From positions 1 through 64,000 of the forward strand of contig MCFE01000073.1 of the NCBI GenBank assembly GCA_002104905.1: a stretch of 64,000 nt of DNA, given 5' to 3'. The position numbers and the translations under genes were made by a program. This stretch comes from Basidiobolus meristosporus CBS 931.73 (lineage: Eukaryota; Fungi; Basidiobolomycota). The stretch's first letter is position 1, and every line of letters starts with the position of its first letter. Under the pieces are notes generated by a model that was not told where the DNA came from, searched no databases, and saw nothing but the letters and a program-made list of their open reading frames with translations. This document shows positions 57,801 through 64,000 of the stretch, piece by piece.

Positions 57801-60281
57801 CTACAAAGATGCTCCACCTGCAAAAGATTTAACCGGAGTCAGAAGATAGGGACAACCGCACCAATACTGCTTGACCTACCCTTCCACCAGGTAGGGATTG
57901 ACTTTGTTGGCCCCTTATGAAAACAAAGAAAGGAGAACAATATATATTAATTGCTACCAATTATTTCTCAAAGTGGGTAGAAGCCCAAGCCATCCAAAAT
58001 AAAGACCAGAAGACAACTGCCCAATTCATTCTAGAACACCTCATCTGCCAGCACAGATATCCTTAGATACTCTTGTCCAACAATGGTGGCTCCTTCCTGA
58101 TCAACACTGTGGCCCATTTGTGCAAAATGATGGGTGTGAAACAGGTCTTCATGGCCACGTATCACCCCCAGACCAACAGATTAACCAAGATGATGAACCA
58201 GACATGCTAATGTATACTAGAGAAGCTCCACTGGGAACTTCCCCAATTATGGGCCAAGCTATTCCCACTGACACTCCTAGCAATGTGTACAATACCAAAT
58301 GAAACAACCAGTATCTCCCCATACAAAGTTCTGTATGGACAAAGACCCAAGTGGTGTGAAGAGGCTGGATTGACAACGGAAGGTGTCCCCTCAACAACAC
58401 ATTACAACTATATAGAAAGGTTGATACACCATATTGCCCACATATACATAAAAGTATTTGAAAATGTTGACAAGCACCTTCCCCCTCCACCCAAAAGTAA
58501 GAAACTAACAGGACATAAGTAGAAACCAGGCAATAAAGTGTGGTACAATCAAACCGTTGCAGGCCTCAAGTTTTGCTCACAATTTACACCCCAATGGATT
58601 GGCCCTTGCACCATTATTAGTTTGGACCATGGGCCAAAGTACACCATCACCCTGAACAATAAGACAATCAGCAACGTAGCGCCAGCCCATCTGAAACCAA
58701 AGTGTGATTAAACAATTGTCAGGACAAGGATAGAGGCAGACACGGGATACATACAAAGTTTATTAGAGGAAATTTTAGTTGATATAGGTACAAATGATAT
58801 GCGCAAGGAAGTTTGCCTGAAGGGGAGAACAAAAGAATGCATATGGAAAGTGCTGAAGGAAACAGTTTACCCAAAACTGGCAGTACCCCTCCCACCAGCA
58901 AGAACCAAGATGATATCAAAAACAAGACCAACCTGCAAGTGTTGAGAGATATTGTACAAGCATTACATGCAACAAGAGCCACCTTTGAAGAGTTGTTTGC
59001 TGGAGCAATCACATTGATACAAGACATAATCAGAGAGGGACAAGACAAGTTACCCACACCAATACAAAGCATGGAGATACTACCTGAGACAACCATGTAC
59101 CACCTAAGAGGAGGTTCCTTGATCATTAAGGAGAAGGATGCTGCACTGATTCCCATATCCATACTGGACACAGTCAGATAGAAGACATAAGGAATCAACT
59201 GCTGCACCCTCACAAGACCTCAAGATCCCCCCTGTTTTGTTGCATACTTGCCATTAATAGGTACCATGGTTGTTGAGGTATATGCAGACCTGGTACAAGC
59301 CACAAGAGCACCAGAACTAGAACTCCCAATTGAAGGACTCCTCCAAGAAATTTGCAACCATCTTCAACTGCATTTCCAAGAAGGAACCATCTTAGAGAAG
59401 ATATGCAAACAAATTAAATACACCAGCCAGTTAACCCATGCAATCCACCAAGTTGCTGTGTTACAACTATTACAGTGGTTTACCATAGGACAACTCAGGA
59501 AGCAGTAGAGAGTCCAACTCCAACAAGCTGCACAAACTGCTGCGGACTCTGTAGAAACCATGAGGCAACTACAAAAGCACCTCAATTGTGCCACAATTTC
59601 TACAGAAGAACTACAATACATCTTGGAAGAAGCAAAAACTTGTTATCAACAATGGGTCACTGCTGACCAAGTGTATGCCCTCTTCAAAAGGTCCCCACCA
59701 TTATATTGAACACAAAAAGGACAAGACCCAATAATGTTTGCAAGATAAAGAAGCAAGACTTTATTGTGATATTGCACCTTTTTCATTCTCCAACCCTCCC
59801 AAGGTACTTACCCAGAACCCTATGGTTTGCCAACCATTTGGCTCTGTGGAAAACATCCCTCAAGCAATGCAAGCCACACCCCACTCTGCTGCCAAATGGT
59901 ATCAGGTATTTGCCCACAAGCCCCTTGCAAGTGACAACCAGCAATGGTACTATGGTGACTCCCCATGCTCTGTGAACAAAATTGACCCTGGAGAAGCAAG
60001 TTAGTCAAAGAACTTCAAGGACAAAGCTCCCTCTTAACCCCTGGGATATGTGAGTACTAAATGCAGTACCCACTCTTTGCCCAAGAGTTCTCTCCAGAGT
60101 CCTACCCAAAGTCCCCCAGTATCCTCCCTATGATCCCCCAATGCGCCCTCCCTCCTATCCCTGCCCTGATCTAGTTAGAACACTTACCATAACAGGAAGG
60201 TATTCACACTCCTATTTTATAACATATTGTCTATTATCTAAGCCCCCCCAAGTGATATATATATCTACCATTAGTACCACA
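57801..60281 (+). mobile_element. 5-prime-truncated, decayed Ty3/gypsy retrotransposon: integrase, long extra-ORF region, 3-prime LTR
   Basis: CSTCKRF (Zn finger), PFHQVGIDFVGPL, NYFSKWVEAQAI, YHPQTN, TNETTSISPYKVLYG, and GPY/F module WIGP...LKP ending at 58711 with no chromodomain. A decayed gaacttcaaggacaaag...gggata precedes the LTR. Confidence 0.88.
60049..60281 (+). repeat. Putative 3-prime LTR of the gypsy element (end at ~60270 or 60281)
   Basis: Starts tgtgagtactaa directly after the gypsy 3-prime-end signature and ends ...ctacca or ...ttagtaccaca (imperfect TG..CA terminal inverted repeat). Confidence 0.6.
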
Positions 60282-62610
60282 CTGAGTATCAATCAAGTGC
60301 AAACATATCCAATATATTTGATGGCAAACATTATAAACAGCTAAGAAGCAAGGGCTACTCTGAAGGTATGTATGACTATGCCTTTGCCATAGCACTTGAC
60401 AGATTTTCATTAAACAAGCTCTCTACCAGCAAATCCTGCTGGCCACTGATTCTCATCAATCTGAATCTGCTGCCCATCTTAAGGTATCAGTGCAATGATC
60501 TGACGGTAGTCTCACTGGTATCTGGGCCTAAATCACAGTCCAACCTGGATAGCTACCTGCATCCATTGCTGGATGAATCTTGTATGCTTTCCAGTGGGAT
60601 AACAGTAAATGGCCGTCATGTAAAAGCTTATATTATTATCTGCACTGGAGATACCCCAGCCATCAGCAAGATAGTAGGTTTTTCCAGGCACAATGGATGG
60701 TATTGCTGTTGAATGTGTGAGATCCAGGGGATTTACTCCATAACTCACACACATTATTATTACCCAAACACCAGCACTAAGAACATCATCTTTCCATGAA
60801 GAGAACATACAGAAGTAAGCATGCAATTGCAGCATAGTTGGCAAGCTACAGGCCATTGGCTGGAATATGGAATCAATAGGAAACCAGAGATACTTAAGAT
60901 AGAGGGTATTTGTTGGAGCAAAAGCTTTCCACTGAGAGCAATGCATTTGCTTTTTAACAATATCCCTATACTGATGACCAAGTTGTACATGGAGCATTTC
61001 AAGCTAAATGAGCCCTTCAAGATACCTGAGAAATTTGAAAGAATTGGTAAGATATTACAAAGTATCTGCTACCCTAAGTACTTCTCACAGGCTCCAATTA
61101 ATATTCATATGCATATGCAACAATACAAATGCACAGACTGGATGAGCTGCATATGTATTTATTCAAGTGGTGTTCTGAAGCCATTTCTACTAAGAGTACA
61201 TTGCAAGCATTGGGAGTTATATATGGACATTGTAAAAATATTTATCCATAAGTGGATCACAACCTCCAACTTGACGCATCTACAGCTGTTGTGTCAGGAG
61301 TTTGTGATGGGATTTGAGCAGCTATACTACAAACATAAAGCTGACATGTAAATCTCTGCCACTACTGTATCCATTCTCTACTCCAAATTGCACAGTGTGA
61401 GGAGAATATTGGGCCTTGCTTCACCTTTTGGGAGTTTCCTATATAGCAGATGAGTGGGGAGATAGGAAGACAAGTCAAGTTGCAGGTACTACCATACCCC
61501 AGTCTCATCAAGAATATTAGCTTCAAGTCTGTCATGGATGTGATGAGTTGGCACATGGAGGACAGCCAGGAAGAGTTGGAAAATACTGAGGACAAATGTG
61601 CACATAGTGACACCTATGCCTATGGCATTAAGAAGCTAAGCAGCCCCAATACATGGGTAATAGGTTAAGTAATGCAAAGTTGGGTTGGGTGCAACAAGCA
61701 ACTGATTTTTATCAGGAAAACTCTACTAAGATATGCCTAACTTCTCATGGTCACAAGCTAGCTTCTACACCATTCAATATGGAATTCACACAAACAAAAG
61801 CCAGAACATACCTATATGGGGGACTAGAATCCAGTAGGGAGAAGGAATATAGTGGCTAAATACTGAGAATTTCTTTGCAGATATTCAGGAGGCATTCATA
61901 ACAGAAGTGGCAACAACCAAGCATATGTTTGCAAGATGTATATGTTACCAGCAGTACAAGGTATATAGCAACTTTGCAAGTATCACACTAAAAAGCCATA
62001 AAGTTGAGGTGATAGAAGTATGTCAATGGCGGCAGGTGTGCATGTTTGTAGAGGTTAGTAAGCAGGAGGCCATAGTTTTTTTTTATTCAAACTATATGTG
62101 GAATACCCAAGGTAGTAGTGGGTAAGCAAATAAAGAGGGGTGATTCTACAGTGGAATATATGAATTGCACAAGGGGAGGTAGAAAAAGTAAATACCATTT
62201 GGTAAGTTGGTACAGTAGCATTATACAGAACCAGTGGTGGCTATTATACTGCCAATATAATGCCATCAAAGTCTTGCTGCGAGGCTGTCAAAATACCATC
62301 AAGTTTCTTGTCATATAAGACAATTGTATGTCCTGGCCAATTGGATTGAGGTAAAATAGTAATAGATTGCTGAAAGACCACAACAATACTATGAAATATT
62401 ATCACAGCACCAATAAGATATTGTCAAGTTTTATCCCTTTATTTGGTTCTAAAACTAGTGAAACACCATTATGATCCCATCATAAGATTGTTAGGAGGGT
62501 GACTAATTATAAGCTGCTGTTATTGTGATGATCACTTTATGGGATCTTGATGGCTGATCTGGGTTGGATCCCCCTGCAGGACCAAATTATTTTTCATTGG
62601 GAATGCTGAG
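60271..62610 (+). mobile_element. Decayed CACTA/EnSpm-like transposase 3-prime half and downstream region (copy B)
   Basis: YHTEYQSSANISNIFDGKHYKQL, SCWPLILINLNLLPILRY...GPKSQSNLDSYLHPLLDE, CTGDTPAISK, HLLFNNIP, FEQLYYK. Visibly similar (rough estimate 85%) to inverted copy A. Confidence 0.88.
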
Positions 62611-62619
62611 CATGTAGAT

Positions 62620-62870
62620 CTATGCTGCTACTGCATCCATTTGCTACACCATCTTACTTGGTGTGTTGAGAATGTTGGACCTTGCTTCACCTTTTTGAAG
62701 TTTCTCATGGAGTGGATGTGTGGGGAGATGGGAAGACAAGTCAAGTTGCAGGTACTATCATATCTTAATCTCATCAAAAATATTACCTTCAAGTCTGTCT
62801 TGATGTGATGAGTTGGCACATGGAGGACAGCCAGGAAGATTTAGAAAATACTGAGGACAGATGTGCACAT
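62620..62870 (+). mobile_element. Additional CACTA transposase fragment duplicating ~61360-61610
   Basis: gaatgttggaccttgcttcacctttttg...gggaagacaagtcaagttgcaggtact...gagttggcacatggaggacagccaggaag matches copy B. Confidence 0.8.
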
Positions 62871-62879
62871 AGAGATACC

Positions 62880-64000
62880 AAAGCAGGCTGATTTTTCACC
62901 AATTGCCTCATATTCTGTTCTCCAATGTGTTCTAGCCTCCTATGTCATGTCTTTCTGCTTGATTCATGGACTTGAGTAGTGTGGAATTACTCAAGTACAA
63001 TAATCTTGCATTGTAACTTGTGTATATTGTGATATCTAGTTCTAGGAGTTATTTTTTGTCCATTTTTGCTCAATATTGAACAGCTCAGCTTAGTAAACAA
63101 GCGTCTGTCCTTGTCCAGAGTCTCTGTGTAATCCTCTGATGGGAACAATACCTCTTAGCTACAGAACTATAACCTTGATGCAGTCTTTTGACCGGATGAT
63201 TAGAGTTATTTAGCATAGGAAATACACTCAATATAATCCAGGTAGAAATGTGTTTGGAAGGACACTTGAGTAACTTCAAATCTAGTGAAATACAGCCCTT
63301 GTGTTTGTAGTATTGTATATCAGTATGAATATTGACTGGAGGCTGTGAGAAATACTTTGAGTAGTAGAAACTCTAAAATATCTTAGGTCAGATGATAGTT
63401 TCCCCGCAGATTGCATTCATAATTCATCCAGCAATTGATACAGTTTGCTTTACAGGTTGGACAGTGGTCTAGGCCCAGTTACCAGTGTCACTGTTCTCAG
63501 ATTTCTTTGTGGTATTGTAGGATTGGTGGCTACTTCAGATTGATGCAAGTTAGTGGCTGGCAGGACTTACTGGCAGAGTACTTGATCATTGAGAATCTAT
63601 CAAGTGCAATGGTAATGGCATTGTCATACATAATTTCAAAGAAGCCCTTACTTCTAAGATGTTTTTAATGATTTTTATTAAATAAATTGGAAATGTTTGC
63701 ACTTGATGTACACTATGTGTGGTGCTTCATAGCTTTATAATTTTTTTTGGACTGCACAAGCTACTTTAAATGGGGTACTACTGGAAGATATCTGCAGTGT
63801 GAACATTCTTTTCCTCTCAGAGGGTGGATTCCTGCCTAGTTGGACACCTGGCACTAGCAGTTTTTCTGATGTAAGTACAATACAACTGCTCACATACAAT
63901 GGTATTAGGACAGTCTCTGGGTCATGTGTTGTAAGCCACACAACAGCTGTCTGTTTGTACTAGGTAAAGGGTAGGTTGCACCCCAGAAAGATTTTGGCAA
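62880..64000 (-). mobile_element. More diverged CACTA-like transposase copy (copy D), running off the window
   Basis: 63420-63720 matches copy A (aattcatccagcaat...gagaatctatcaagtgc...gccctt.cttct.ag...gtttgcacttgat) and continues upstream of the A/B breakpoint (atg aag cac cac aca). Confidence 0.7.

Larger units (their letters stand above)
50590..64000. repeat. CpG-depleted nested transposon block
   Basis: Kilobase stretches with no or isolated CG, TG/CA-rich, many stop-riddled TE-like ORFs. The sharp compositional change lies ~450 bp upstream of the ESF1 ATG. Confidence 0.9.

Overview
Eukaryotic, intron-rich fungal DNA. Gene content and short GT-AG introns with CTAAC-like branch points suggest an early-diverging fungus such as a Basidiobolus-like lineage; this is an inference. 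Bases ~860-50130 are gene-dense with normal CpG content. They carry a sugar porter, a frameshifted CsgA-like SDR, a 13.2-kb intronless gene for a secreted 4396-aa His/Ser/Thr-rich 20-aa-repeat protein ending in a CBM19-like Cys module, an ACS-family MFS transporter, a subtilase, ADE4, MSS51, AVL9, RPS15, YHM2, a Mei2-like gene, a GON7-like gene, an ARM+2xSPRY gene, PDB1, a 7TM GPCR-like gene and ESF1. From ~50590 to the end is an almost CpG-free nest of decayed transposons: several CACTA/EnSpm-like copies, a deleted Ty1/copia and a truncated Ty3/gypsy with an extra ORF. Inside it sits one young, complete PIF/Harbinger-superfamily (PHIS) element at 54307-57739, with 11-bp TIRs and an AAT target duplication. 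The most striking signal is CpG partitioning inside this element. Its intact transposase ORF has no CpG at all (all 27 Arg codons are AGA/AGG), while its left end, inter-ORF region and partner Myb/MADF-like ORF carry dense CpG clusters. The partner ORF is split by a single in-frame TGA.
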